A stretch of DNA of 48,372 bases, filler included, from Sphacelaria rigidula (lineage: Eukaryota), in NCBI GenBank assembly GCA_964200075.2. It is 3 parts of 3 records of this genome, joined end to end, with 100 filler letters (N's around TTAATTAATTAA, not from the genome) between each part and the next. Parts side by side here need not be neighbours in the genome. Positions count along the whole stretch, not along the records: positions 32,317 to 48,372 come from CAXNAA020001500.1; 2 more parts are not named here. One strand, given 5' to 3'. The position numbers were made by a program, and so were the translations under genes. Shown piece after piece: positions 33,833 to 47,467 of this stretch. Each line of letters begins with the position of its first letter. The stretch's first letter is position 1. The notes beneath the pieces are model-generated. The model saw only the letters and a program-made list of their open reading frames with translations. It had not been told where the DNA came from and made no database searches.

Positions 33833-34224
33833 GGGTCTTGCTATTTACGTCAACCTTGACGTATTCTGTTACATCCGTCAACGTTCAGCATCTATCCCAC
33901 AAGCCCAGCATGGATACAGCACCGCATGGAAAGCCCTCACAGTCTCTAGCTATCGTTCAAGCCATCGCACGGAGCAAACGGATCCGTAATGGATGAGATA
34001 CATGCATGATGCATGGTTGCATGCCACAAGAGTGCTCACTCTGCCATAAGCATGCATCTCATCCGTCACGGGTCCGTTTGCTCCGTTGGATGGCTTGAAC
34101 GATAGCTAGAGGCTGTGTAAGTTTTTTCCATGTGTTGCTGTGTCCATACGGGGCTCGTGGAACGGATGCTGAACGTTGACGGATGTAACAGATTACGTCA
34201 AGGTTGACGTAAATAGTAAGACCC
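33833..34224. mobile_element. Mutator-like (MULE) non-autonomous foldback element with 9-bp TSD AAAACAAAA
   Basis: ~175-bp TIRs GGGTCTTGCTATTTACGTCAACCTTGACGTA…/…TACGTCAAGGTTGACGTAAATAGTAAGACCC; AAAACAAAA at 33824-33832 and 34225-34233. Confidence 0.88.
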
Positions 34225-34424
34225 AAAACAAAAGTGATACCACGTTGGGGTTCAACATTTGGGCCCAGATCTTTCTCATTGAGGGGTAAGTGAAGCAGTG
34301 AAAGTCAAGAAAAGGATAAGTACGGGGGGAAATATGAAAACAAAGCCGAGCTGAAACGACTGTGTTGCCTCGACAACCTCGCTTTGATGGAATAGGTCCT
34401 GCGCCAAAAAACACTCTCAATGAT

Positions 34425-34712
34425 GTTTTGGTGATATTGAGAGTAGAGGATACGAGTGAGAGTGAAAAGCGGTCAATTACTTCATGAATCATTTCAGTTC
34501 CGACACGCCCCTCCACGAGGCCCGATGTACTTTCCGGAGTAGCTTGCCACTGAGGCCTTCGATATTGCTGAGTAGGATATCGATGTGTAGCTGTAAGCAC
34601 ACGTTAGTGATGGAGACAAAGAAAAGCACGAACAGAATGAAAAAATGGCCAAGTGGAAGCGAATGACCAAAGCCACTCTCTCAATCAGCGCTCTACCCTC
34701 AATCTCACGGTT
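34425..34712. mobile_element. TTTCGTGAG-TIR MITE, copy 3
   Basis: Homologous to 8675-8953 (GAGAGTGAAAAGCGGTCAA, GTGTAGCTGTAAGCACACG); right end CCCTCAATCTCACG. Confidence 0.75.
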
Positions 34713-35027
34713 TCTCGTCCTCACTCATGGAAAACTATAAGAAGCGGGACTGGCTTGTCGCTCATCTATTTCGACCTCACCATATTGGGTATGAAGCTCT
34801 AATCCATAGACCCTAAGGAAATGAGACCCCAAATTGCTACTATTTGCATACGACGAGGAGAAAGAACACACACTGACACATACACACAGATGGGGAAAGA
34901 GAGAACGGAGACTATGAAAGTGATTGACCACAAAGGACAGAAGCAGCAATGGAGCAGGCACATACAAGATGAAAAAATGATGAATCTCACACCTGAGGGG
35001 GGCGGTGGAGAGGTGCGTGAATCATCC

Positions 35028-35230
35028 AAAGGGCAGGTCGAGTAGAGTGTAATCAATTGCGGGGTGTATTGAAAGTCGTGCTTTAAGTACACAACTTGGG
35101 GGTAGGGTTTCAGAGATCGTTCTTCACTCATTTTTCGAGTATGCCTCCTGACATTTGAGCATAATTTGAGTACCTCGAGTACACTTTTCAAAATACCCCG
35201 CAATTGAGTATAATCTACTCGACCTGTCCG
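35028..35230. mobile_element. hAT/P-type MITE, CAAGGGCAGGTCGA TIR family
   Basis: GGGCAGGTCGAGTAGAGTGTAATCAATTGCGGGG … CCCCGCAATTGAGTATAATCTACTCGACCTGTCC. Confidence 0.8.
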
Positions 35231-36300
35231 AGAATTACACCTCATGTACCCTTGTGTCACGACGTGTTTTTCCCAAGCTCGCCCAGAACAGTACTCGACG
35301 AATGTACAGCATCATCTCCACGACGTCGGCATCGGTATCTCTGCAATCAGCATCACGGCTGGCAGGATGGCATTCATTTCATGGGCGCAAGGGAATGACT
35401 GACTTACACCTAAGACTAGAATGTTCATGTGTGTGCTGTCTGAGCGTGATCCAGGGCAGGAGGATGGTCAAGATCAAGAGGAACCTCACCATCGGAAGCT
35501 GGAGTGCACCCGAAGCGCGCATGGTCTTTTTTTATCTCCCCTGGGCTCTGATGTTCGAAACATCACAGAGAGAGCTATATGGTGGATTTTGAGGTAATTT
35601 CAAGCTGTGTTCCATGACGCGACCGTGCGGGGTGTAAACAACGCAACCAGCATCGCTGAAGGTATCCAATTTCACGACTTGGTGTTGATACTGCGATGAT
35701 TGGACGGGTTTGTCGACATTAATACATACATACCCGTTCACCCAGAGCGTGCGACTAATTTTATTTGAAGAGGGGCGAGTGGCGTTTGGCCGGATACGAC
35801 ATGGCTGTACAGAAAACATCACGGCGGGACCAAGAAACGGCCCCCTACAGCTTTGCGCTGAAAATAGGATGGGTGTTCAAACAGGCAGGTTGCAAGCCGA
35901 AGGGGGCCGTGAACGTCTCCCTAAAACACAACACTGTCGCGAACACCGAATGCGCTCGGACGCACACAGTGCAAAAGTGGCACGGAGCTCGCCTGTATGC
36001 AGAAGCGATGGCAGCTCATTTTTGGTTGTTGCAGCAGCGACCGGGAGTTGACATTACCAAAACAACAAGCACAAGGACCCGACCTCCTCCGAGTTCCTCC
36101 CAAAATCCCAACTTGAGCGACCTTCTCAAGACAGTAGACGAAAGGAAATAGCCGGCGAACTAGTGAAGATGATCCACGTTTCCTTGCCAACACCTCTCCC
36201 AGACAGAGACGTGGGTAACGCCTATAACCCATTACAACAAAAGACGAAAACCAAAAAGCGGGGCTTCATTTTGGGATTCGCTCGTCTGATGTCCAACAAT

Positions 36301-39300
36301 TTAGGCGGACTCCTTCCGGTTCTTACGGCCGGTGTTGATGACCATCGGCTTCTGCTCTCCCTTCTGTACGCGGAGCGCACGGTGGATCTGGACGGAATAT
36401 GGACAGCAAACAATGAAATCCAAGGCGAGGCGGAGGTGAAATGGTGAAGAAACTCAAGTCATGTATTACACTAGAGGAGGAGCAGTACGGTGCTTATCGA
36501 AAATATTGACTTGCTCGGCAACAAACGAGATTACCTTCTACAGAAAGAATATACAGGGCGTCAGATTTCGAACGTGAACGGTTTGGGTGCAGGAGAGAGG
36601 CGGGGAGACACCTACTCCTAGATTCATAACGTCTGGAAACTTAACAGTGCCCAGCGACAGAAATATGCTGGGGATGAAAGTTCGACGGCCACCCGATCAA
36701 GGCCACCCTTCGAACGCGGCCAATATTGGTAGAAGGACCTTCTGTGGAGTAGTAGCCGATTTCCAATACTAGGGACAGTATACCTCGTCTTGGACATCTA
36801 GCGAATGCCACGTCAAAACGAAGGTTGGTACATTACAGGGGATCACGATTGATGCACGAAAAATATGGTTCCATCAACACAAGGTGTTTTCGGCCGAAAT
36901 CAATTTAGTAGGATCATGATCCACGGCAATGCGAGTCGGCGCCAGAATTACCAGAGTACTATCTGTCGTTTAAATGCCAAGATTATAAAACTGGAACAAC
37001 TGCACTTCACGTAACACCACTCTCAACCTATATAATCACGACTATGAATACTTGAGGACAACTGTTTCGTTTTTTTTTCGTGGCCCCGAGGATGACGTGC
37101 TGTACTTGAGATGGTTTCGAGACAGTTACGGAACAAAAAAATCTCGCATAAGGGAACGATCAGGATGAACGCATTTTTACACGTCCCCACAAAAAATAAC
37201 GCGAGAAACATTTCGCGGTACCTGGAGTGGTACGCCTCGCACAATTACATTTTTGTTCAAGTTTTGACGTGAACATGAACAGTGCCGTGTGGAATGAACT
37301 TTGCTGTCAGGAACGTGCCCTCACTGTGTCGAGCTTCAATCTCAAGTGCGACGAGTTGTCCGTGTGCAGCGCATTTTCTCTGTAACTCGCACCGTCTTGT
37401 GGCGAGGAGAAGCATCCCCACTTCCTCATGGCAGCCATCAGGTCGCCAACACTCAACAATATTCAGAGATGTGCGACACCAATAGAGGTTTTAATATCGC
37501 TTGACGTGATACATGGAAAGTCAAGTCGCTCTCCCACCATCTACCCTCGGTTGTTATCGTTCATTTGTTACAGAGCCTTCCGGTGAGGACAGCACCTGCC
37601 AAGAGAATACCAGAAGGTCACTGGCAATACAGGAGGTGTACCAGTATCAAGCATGGCTGTGGTCAACAATAAAACATACTCGATAGAGGTCACTACATTC
37701 TATTCTGACTGATCTCGCATCAGAGCCTGATACTTACAAAAGGGGCACGACCCAAGAGGGACGTTTCATCAATTTCTTGTGCGTACATCGGCCGGGAACA
37801 ATTTTTAACGCTTATTGGTCAAGTCACCTGGGACCAGCGGGCCAATGCCGCGCGCTCCATGTCAGGCCTGTAGTTCGCGCCCTTGGTCTGTTTCCCCCCA
37901 CCAACAAGTAGTCCCGTTTCGGTAGTGGCGACACATTAAGGGGTCAACAAAAATGACGAGGACATGGGATCTCGAGTGAGCGCTGTGAAAAGCGAGCGAG
38001 CAATTGACGCTGACATGCTGTCCTGGATAAGGGCACTGTACGGGGCGGGCGATCACGACTTGCAGCTCACAGCTCACACTGGAACCCCATTAACGAAGGA
38101 TCTCCAACACAACAAGTATTGCACTTTTGATATGGCTCGGAATGACATGTAACATGACGATAGATGAAACCAGTCTGAACATCCGCATGAAAATGTGAAG
38201 GTACGTATGTTACTTGTCTTTGCGATACGCTCAGGTCACGAATCCTCTTTTGCTTTCGGGTAATTTGGTAGCAACAAATGCATTGTTGAGATTTACGACA
38301 TTGGTATCCCCCGTAGGCTACACGCAACACCACCCACCACTGCGTGAGGAAATATTTCAGCAAGGATGACGGTTTGCCACACCCAGTGTAGGAGACGGTA
38401 CAATGTCTATCCATCACCACGCAACGCTGCATGCGTACGGAAGGTAGTAAACGCTCGGTACACAGAAAACGGGCTGTCTCAATGCGAGGAGAAAAACCGC
38501 AAGGTTTCCATCCTTTCATGTGCGCCGCCGAACGATAGACCATGTTTGCGACTCGATCTTGTTTCAAAAACCAGCCGTCGAAATGATGAAGGATTATGGG
38601 TGCGCCAAAATACAAGCAGATCGACTCCACGGTGCGCTGCAACAGTACCTGCTTCGAGATAGCTCCTGCGACGCTGGGGAAGGTCTTCTTCACGATGCTC
38701 TTGCCAACAGACTTCTTCGGCTTGAGCGTGTTCTTCGACGACTGCCTCAGCGGGGTGGTGGAGTACGCGGGCATACAACGAGGCATATCCAAAGAGCAAC
38801 GTCACCTCGGGCAACAATGAGGGGGCGATGGATTGGTAGAATGAGAAGTTTTGACCCCGACAACTGTGACTGGGCTACATCAGTGCACAAGGAGGTGCTG
38901 TATCACCCAGCGGCCCACACCACAGAGCAGACTGTTCCTACAACTTTTTACATGAGCAGTATTTTGATACCTTATGGCTGCCACCCCGTCACGCTCTCAA
39001 TGCCTCCCTTCAAGACATTGCACCAACAGGAGGATTCGTGTCCAAGGGGTTCAGCCCGATAATGGACAGCATCCAAAATCGCCCCTAAAAATAAATCAAT
39101 TATCCATACAAGATGACATGTGTTAATCCTCGATCCTGCTCCCCTTCCCTCCTTTTCCCTCCCCCGCGCGCGCCCCACTCGGAAATTCAAGTCCCGCACG
39201 TACCTTGAGGGTCATGGCAGCGCATGGGCGGCCCTTGGAGTCCTTGGCGAACTCTACACCAACGGCCTTTGAGTTGGCGAGACCAGAGTATTTGAACGAG

Positions 39301-42300
39301 TTGACGTTCATCAAGTTGTTGGGTTCGGCTGATAGCACCGTCTTGCCGGAGCTGTTGGGATTGGAATACATGGATATTCAAAACGTGCGACGTCGGCGAG
39401 CGGGACACGACGAAACGGTGCGGTTTGGTGAAGAGCTGTTCGAGTAGGTGGGTCATTTGAGGATTTGCGTCATAGATACCGGTTTCAGCTGTTCGGACGG
39501 TGGAGCCAGATGGCTCCCAAGACATTTTCGCTGTTGTGCGGTATGTGCGTGTATGTGAGCATTGAAAGTCTCAACCCGTCTCACAACCCGGAAGAGGTTC
39601 GGACGAGTTATGGCTGGTTCGAATCACTAAATTTTCCAAATGTGAGGACTGGTTAATCGGGAAAAAAAATGACGTTGGATGAATACCGTTGCAACACACA
39701 TTTTGCGCCATTTCACGTGTCTAGAATGCAACGCTGTCAACAAAGCCCAAGGATTGCTTCGCACGGTACCGTTCAATTACACTACAAGCAACTTTTCTTA
39801 GTTTCGTACAGCGCTTTCGAGTGCCCTACACCCCGCCGCCACTTGAAACTCGGCCCCAAAGCTGGACTGCCATAAAACTGGTCCGGCGTATGGGTAGGCA
39901 CCAGGTTGTCTCGGATTTAAATGGATTCCTCGTCCAAGACTAGGTGGGATCATCCTCACCGAGCAAACCTTCCTTTTGAATGTTTCCCAACTTGACTCTC
40001 AACACTAGTCACCTTACCCATCCGGGCGTTGGTCACCCAACAACCAATTATCACGAGAATCATTACTCGTCCGACCCTTGTAATATTTTGTACAATGACG
40101 TACTTGACTCGAGTGATGTACGATCACGCCGGGAGACTTTTGAAAAAGAGCGACTCCGGCACGCTGACTTCTCTCGGCAACTCTGAACCGAGTTAAAAAA
40201 AAAAAAAAGCAAAATGAAATGTGAAATGTTCACTCTTCGTACAGCACCACTCATCACTGCTGTCCTTCCGTGCTGACTATTGTTTGCTTGTGTACAGTTT
40301 CCATGTTCGTGGGGAGCACCTGACCACTCCAGCTTACACTGGTCCTGATCCAATCCCGAACCACGTAGCTGGCAGTAATGTAGAACCGACACTCAAGGGT
40401 GCCTACTGCGATTCGAAAGGGTATATATCTGCGACATTCGAATTCGTAGGATCGGTGAGTATTTAATCTCTGCAGCGGGCGCTCGTAAGATGCGCATCCA
40501 TCTGTATGTTATAGAGGGCATGAACTCAGCACGTGAAGGACGATATTGCTCCCAACAGTGTGCAACCCGCGCCCACCTGAGGAGACTGTAGATGTAGGCT
40601 CATTCAGCTGGTCGTCGGTTCAACGGACGCGTAGTGTTCACAGGAAAATACGGACGAGCCAGACCCCAGTCGTCAAAGTCATGTTGGAGAAATGAGAACC
40701 GGCTAGGCGCGAGTCGCGCAAGTTATGAAGAGAATGGGTTACTGGGTGAACGAGTACGGGTATTTGGAGTGAAGAGTGGAACTTGTAGTAACCGTCGAGA
40801 TTACTTGGTCAGCAAGTACTTTGTTTCGTTTCCTCTTCCCACCGCGCGTACTCAATCGGAGAATGAAGCGTCTCAGAGGAGGGTTGCTCACGCTTTGGTT
40901 GCAAGAATGCAACCTTTCCAGGAAATTTATGAAAATAACCCAACGCCAACCCTGATCTTGCCTAAGGCATATGAGAACCCTCGGGCACGGAGGGTGCAAA
41001 GGTGCGTCTAGGCAAAGTGTGCGTTGGTAGACCATGAATCGGCGCCTGCAATACATGCTTCGGGCAAGCTGAGGGCGCTTGGGACTCTTTACCACTCCAA
41101 GTAACCAAAATTATATATGGCCACTTGAGTATCGAGTCATCAACCATTCCTACGACCAATGAGTAAGCTCTTCTTTTGAGGGGTGAAACCGTGTATGTAG
41201 CGCGTTAGAGTTGACATAGGCACGAGTCCGCAAGGATTCCCCGCGTTGTCAAGGTTGCAAATATTGGCATACTATACCTAGTTTAAAAGTACCCTTGAAT
41301 CATTTCCGCAGATAATTATGATGCGTGGATGCTGACCACCATATTCCTCGCCCCTCAGTCGCGGGCGTAGTCCATATGGATCGTGCATATTTTTTTCGAG
41401 TAAAATCGGAGGCGATTCAACGGATGCTCGGTTTGACCGCGAGGGTGGGCGATCTTTTAGATCGGAATCACCAATCTCATTCCTCACGTGTAAATTTTGC
41501 CGATTCATTAGATCGCCTACCCTCACGGTCAAAGGGCTAACTCTCGAGATCCTTACTCATCAGTCTGGGCGATGGGTAACCATCCTACTGGAGCATGGGT
41601 TGTCAATCTACTTTCTGAAATACGTGCGTATGGCATATACCCTTCACGTAACAGAGAACGGTTTGTTCCAGTGATAAACCGAGTACGAATAGGGGGCTAT
41701 GGTGTATATACTATCCAAGATGCCCCACAGTTTCACTCAACATGGACCCACGAAGCCACGCCATAGTCCGCGTGATTTTTTATACCATCCCGTGCTGTTC
41801 TTGGGTGGCCACCTGTAAAATCTAGTACGGCCTGCACGAGTTTGTTGTCCAATAGTTCCTGCCATGATCGTTGTTCAATTATCCAGTCATGTTGAACTCG
41901 TTCAGTATACCATTCATCAAGCGTGGACGCCTGTGGGGGCCAAGAGTCGAATCTGATTGAGGCTGCTATTGCCAAAGCGTGTGTAGCATGACCTTTTCAT
42001 GGTGCCGATTTGAGCTCTACTGATGCCCACCGTGACTAGATGGAATTCCTATTTCTTGTCTAATCGTTGCTCGAGCGTTTCCAGTTCACCCGGGGTTGAG
42101 GTTGGCGCAGGGGTTAGTATCTTGCCTTGCAGGGGATCTTTCGAGAGTGTCCACCGCCTACTGATGTTTTTGGTATTCGACGACAGGCTCTTGTGAATCT
42201 CTCGTGGTTTTCCTTGACTGCTGAGTGGGTCAAGAGCGGAAATTTGCTCCAAATCCATCCGTTCGACGGCTCTCCACCGCATCCTCGACTATCGCGGGTG

Positions 42301-43198
42301 TATGTACAGCGGGGGTACCTAGATAGTGCGATGAGTTGCTAGCCTGCATGATCGCACTATTGTGGGACCCTGATCCACGTCTGTATAACAGTATGATTAC
42401 TCGATAATAATATTGCCGATCAGACTATTGACTACATTTTAATCAATTGTCCTATCGCGGGGTACCGGATGTTACAGGGCAAAACTGGTGCAGCATCCTT
42501 GTGTAGTACTGACAGGCAAAATAGGGGCGTCGGAATGGCGAACGGGACGGATATGTTCCTACAGAGTTGGTTCGACTCCGGTGGCGTTCGTCCGATACAG
42601 TCACAACAGGACTCGGAGCGGCAATCGTTGTATGGCAGGAGCGTGGAAAGTACGATGCAGGATATCCAGTGCTGGCAATGCGATATGGTACTGCAAGCAC
42701 TATAACATCACCACGTGATATTGATATCATGCGGATGAGGAGATACCGCTGTACTCGTAGACTCTCTACATCGGTACCAATGAGTAGCCTCGCTTCCAAC
42801 CGTTATTTCCACCCTGCCTTCTCCACTCCCCCGACCGCTGGAACCACTTCGGAAGAATCAGCGAGTTAGTTGGTCGCAACACAGCGCGTCCTTTGGTTCG
42901 ATGTTCCTGGACCTGTTGAATATTCGGCAGCATACGCTCACACCCTCACACAGTGCGCTCTGCATCTACCGTCGACACTTGACTTTCTGCCACCGGCTTC
43001 ACGAGCCAACAAAAATGCAACGCAACACTGTACAGACCCACAACAGTACCTACTTCGGGACAAGAGAACCTGCGCAGTCGATGTTCGCTTACACCGCCAA
43101 CTCCTCTCTTACCGCGCCGTTCGGCCATTCCTCTTGTACAAGAAGCAGCTGTTGCTGCGCACGATAGACCAGATCAACTCATCGGAGACGTGGGCCAT
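36301..43198 (-). CDS. RPL28: 60S ribosomal protein L28 (eL28), 157 aa, 5 exons: 43198-43113, 39351-39204, 38741-38649, 37887-37828, 36387-36301
   Basis: All introns are GT-AG and in phase (474 nt): MAHVSDELIWSIVRSNSCFLYKRNGRTARSGKTVLSAEPNNLMNVNSFKYSGLANSKAVGVEFAKDSKGRPCAAMTLKSSKNTLKPKKSVGKSIVKKTFPSVAGAISKQTKGANYRPDMERAALARWSQIHRALRVQKGEQKPMVINTGRKNRKESA*. It carries the eL28 motifs LIWxxVxxNxxFL, EPNNLxxxNSFKYSGL and YRPDxxxAAL. Confidence 0.96.
41350..41537. mobile_element. Two degenerate family-B MITE units within RPL28 intron 1
   Basis: GTAGTCCATATGGATCGTGCATATTTTTT and TTTGACCGCGAGGGT…ACCCTCACGGTCAAAGGG. Confidence 0.65.
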
Positions 43199-43211
43199 GG
43201 TGCTCCCTGTT

Positions 43212-43252
43212 TGCTGCTGCTGCTGCTACTGCTGCTGCTGCTGCTGCTGCTG
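43212..43252 (-). repeat. (CAG)n trinucleotide repeat just upstream of the RPL28 ATG
   Basis: About 13 TGC units on the + strand, one interrupted (TAC). Confidence 0.9.
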
Positions 43253-45375
43253 TGCGGCCCTATGCGCCACAAACAAGTTTCCCAATGACATCATCTGTAG
43301 CGTTTTGTATAAGAGCATGACCAGTATTAAGCGATTTTACTAGCTGGGTTCAACCCTTGCACATGTTATAGCAGCACCTAGCTCTACCGCCCTACTTCGC
43401 GACATAGAGGCAAAAGAGGCAAGAGATCATTTGGTAAAGCCTCATCTCTATGCTGATCTGGCAACGAAAAGGCGCCAGCACCGTAGTAGCGTGCACACAG
43501 TCAAGAATAGTTCCGTGTGTGGTGTGTCAGTGTGTGTCCGTGTTCGAGTTGAAGCAGCGCAATTCGTACCCTAAGTAGAAGGTGCAATGACGTTGTCGGT
43601 GGCGCAAGCAAGTGCAGAGCAGGACCGATTGTTGGCCGCCAGAGAAGGCTGGAAACCCCTCCAGGTAACCATATGTGGAGGGGGAAATGGAGCACACGTG
43701 TCTGCTGGCTTCATGGCTTCGCGCGGCATCAGGTGAATCAAGCTGGGGAAAGTTGATGCATGTACAGTATGGTAGAGTTTTACCACTTATCACTACGTTC
43801 AAGGACGAAATTTCTTGACTATTTCATGGTGTTGGGTAAAGGTTACGATGGAGAGGGGATAACGCGCTTTCATCCCCAGATGAGAAGAAATGGGGGGGTG
43901 TAGGTGAATATTTTGTTGTGTGCACGTTCTATCGATGTGTTCATGTGTTAGGTGCATCGCTATTCGTGTGTAATAGGCTAAAACTGTAGATACCACCCGG
44001 GTGTCGGCTGATTGAGCTCACCATGCGATTAAATTGAGGGGGGTGAGGGTGCGTACATGCACTCTCCGGATAAGAAAATATTTTTTTATATTTTATATTT
44101 TCCATTTTTCAAGTATCCTGAAAAACTTCTGTATCTGAACGTATTGCTATTCGCACGTTATAGGCCAAAACGGTGGATACCAACCCTGAATTCACGGTAG
44201 AAAGCACCCCCCCTCGGGGGGACGACCATTTTCTCGTGCTCTGCGCTACCATGCATCCCCTCCCGAACCCGACTTCACTTATGTTGTTTATATGATACTA
44301 TGCGCCATCTGTCCAATTTTACGCTCTTTATGAATTCCCCATGTATTAAACTCGAAAATCTCAAAAACGTGGACTGAATAGTGAAAAACTGCCCAATACT
44401 ATGCGTACATTGTAGCCAATAACCCCAACCTTCAAAATAAATTGGACAACTGGCGCCCTCGTTGCTAGTTCTGGTTTAACGTCAGCTCCAGTTGAAACCG
44501 CAGTATTGACGGGTCCAGTTCACAGCCCTGTTATTATTATTATTATTATTTCCGTACAACCGGTAATGTTCCACCTACGTACACACGTCTGTACCTTCAC
44601 TTGGCTTCGGGCATCTGTTGTGATGATACTGCACAGCAACACAGAGGTGAAAGGGGGAATTGTGTCATTACGACATTGCTGAATAGGAAATAGTCGGCAA
44701 GTGGCAGTTCTGTCATGAAACCTGAATCAGATATCGGGTTGGGTATAAACCCTAGCGAACTGCGAAACACGGGTGTCGGTCAGATGGCTACACTACGACT
44801 CTCTGGCCCTGCAGACATGTTTGCGTTTTAGCTCGGTCCGTGTGTGATACCATAGCAACCGGCGTTGTCCGCGTATTGTCTGGAGTGCTGACCAGTACTC
44901 AAACTGGCTGTAATGTGCGTTACTGTACTGACCGCAGAGCACCTTCCGTCTCCATCATCAACGGTACTTCCGTGTACTTCCCCACCAGTCTCGTATTAAT
45001 AGGGTTATCCCCACTCCCTCGGCCTCACCCATGATGAGCTGGGAGTAGCTACTGGCCTGCACTCGGCAGAACCCCTCACGGTACAGAGCATGATATCGCC
45101 GTTTTCCGTGACAGCTGTGGCGTCCCTCCTCCCCCTTCTCCTGCTACTGATTTGGTTGCTCCTGACCTGCAGGTCGTGGCGACCCCTCGGTCGACTAACC
45201 CTTTGAACGCCCACTAGTTATTCATGTTCCGAGATTTTTTTACGCGTACAGACCCGGGAGTTTTCCGAGCATCGTTATTGTAGGTGTAGATGGAGGCTAC
45301 AAGGACATGCGCGCTTGACAGAAGTGATATGGTAAAAACGAGGTTATAGCTGATGGTCGTGCAGTAGCATACTGC

Positions 45376-45470
45376 CGTCTTGGACCGCGAGGGTAGTTCA
45401 TCTGGATCACGCATACTTTTTTTAAGTGAAATTGATGTCGATTCAATAGATGACCTACTCACGCCGTCTT
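45376..45470. mobile_element. Family-B MITE, degenerate
   Basis: TTGGACCGCGAGGGTAGTTCATCTGGATCACGCATACTTTTTTAAGTGAAATTGATGTCGATTCAA. Confidence 0.75.
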
Positions 45471-47404
45471 GAACGACGAGCGCTCGTTTTTACCTTCTGT
45501 GATATATTTCCTTGTTGTTGAAACAAGTAGAAGTCTACCGAGGTCGTACTCATTTGTTGCTTACCTTGGTCGTTTGTCCATTGACCACACATCCCTTTCG
45601 ATACGGGACTTGGGTTGGGGGGGATTCCTCGTGTGAAAGAATATCGATGACGTGCAGGAGCTGGTGCTCACAGACAGCATCGAGGTCATCTTTTTTCAAT
45701 TGCTCGGGGTGATCATGAACTCCGTACCCCTACCATAATCCGTCGACTAATGCCTGGCAGCACAGTGCCCTAGGGTGTTGTTTGGTCTGGGCTTTCGGGT
45801 TATGATGACCATGGATACAATGGATGGCAAGCTTAACTTGGTCGTGCTGAACTTCACAGCGGTAGCGCCCGTGATGCGTGTGATGCGTAGATTTTTGTCC
45901 TACCGAGACGAGAAAGAGGTTTATTTTAACATGGGATCGTTTGGACTCGAGCTGGCGCAAGATTCGCCTTGCAGCCGATCCACACACGTGACTGATCTTT
46001 TTGTACGCTCAGCGCATCCCACGTTGCACGCTTGCGTCCACGCCCTCTTGACCCAGTTCATCATGTCGTTGTGTGTGTGAGAGTGTGTGCTTTTTTCTTG
46101 CTTTGCATTTTTTGGAAGGTCTCATCACTGAACCTTGAAAAACGAGACAAGTCCATGCGCCGCTCTTTCCTTGAAACAAGCAACGAAAAGATGAAGCACA
46201 ATGATTTCAACATCCATCCCTCAAATTGAAGTGGCCAGAGAAGCTCAAACAAACAGCTAATGCCCTATGTGCTTATGCCGCTAATTACCTCCTACTTGGC
46301 ACAAAACACAGGGTCAATGTTTTCACGAGGCAGTCTGAGCGCTGGGGCAGCACAATCACCCTCTCTACGGAAGGTAGCAGCTGGGAAAAGCGAGGAACTA
46401 TAAGCGGAAAACTTAACATGGTTACTGGTGATGCTGCCGAAGCCTGCGCCGGATCTGAGGCGCGTAGACGGCCATGAGACGTATTCATTCTTTTCGAGCA
46501 CCGACCGCTTCCAGAAAGCTTTATCCTCTTCCCACCGCCTTCTGAAATTCACCACGTACCATTACTCTTCAAATTGGATTGTTGTTAGTTTGTATGGGGA
46601 GATGAGATTACCATGGTGGTCTCTTTCTCTCTTTTTTTCGCAGATTTCTGCACCACATTGATTTTTGTTTTTTGTTGTTACAGTGAGTATCACCAGTACA
46701 TACAGTGAGTAGTACATTGTCGATCACCTTTGCTGCACATGAGCTTCCTACACTCACAGGGAACGCAATAAGTCAGATACACGTGTATCTCTAGCTTCCT
46801 CCCTCCAGAAGTTGAAAATATTTCCTCTAATATTGGTCCGCTGCAAAAGCCTCTTTGCCTTTTCGGCGCGGCAAAAAAAAAAAGGCCACAGTTCGCCGAA
46901 AATTAGCACCGTAGATTGTTCGGACAAGAGAGTCCTCATCCCCGAGTGACGCCACGCACCCCGGTGAGGGTCTGGAGCTGTTGACCGGTACAGTCAAAGC
47001 GTGTACCAGTCTGCCTAATGGGAGGACCTCAGCCCGCTTCATGTCATATCCAGCGACCACGCTACAATCCCAACCCTAGCTCCTGCAGGTTGTGGTGTGC
47101 TGTGAGATTCATTGTGTGCGGAGTTTTTTTCTGCGTGTGAACCGTTTGGTTTATGGAATGCAAGGGCGCGTCGGTTAGGGTATACCCGATATTTGTAGTA
47201 TTTTTGAAAAGTGGAGATTCGCCCCATGAGTACGCCCCATGCCCACAGCAGTAGTCAGCACATTACTGTCGTTCCCCTCTCTAAAGCCCGTACAAGTCAC
47301 TGTGACTGACTTAAAGCAGGTGATGTGCGACTCTCCAAAATACCAAAATATCGGGTATACCATGCTCGACACGCCCTTGGAATAATCAGTGGGTGTACTT
47401 CTTT

Positions 47405-47406
47405 GT

Positions 47407-47466
<60 letters not shown>
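47405..47466. repeat. Compound (GT)n(GA)n microsatellite
   Basis: Directly visible. Confidence 0.95.

Positions 47467-47467
<1 letters not shown>

Noticed and set aside
37715..37775. C/D-box snoRNA in RPL28 intron 4
   Set aside because: Imperfect C box (TTGATGA), very short span and only ~8 nt of possible 18S complementarity.
39205..39447. + strand ORF MAAHGRPLES…, also 38520-39062 and 42870-43343
   Set aside because: Antisense shadows of RPL28 exons.
41733..42342. Retroelement-like ORFs in RPL28 intron 1
   Set aside because: No gag, RT or integrase motifs recognisable.
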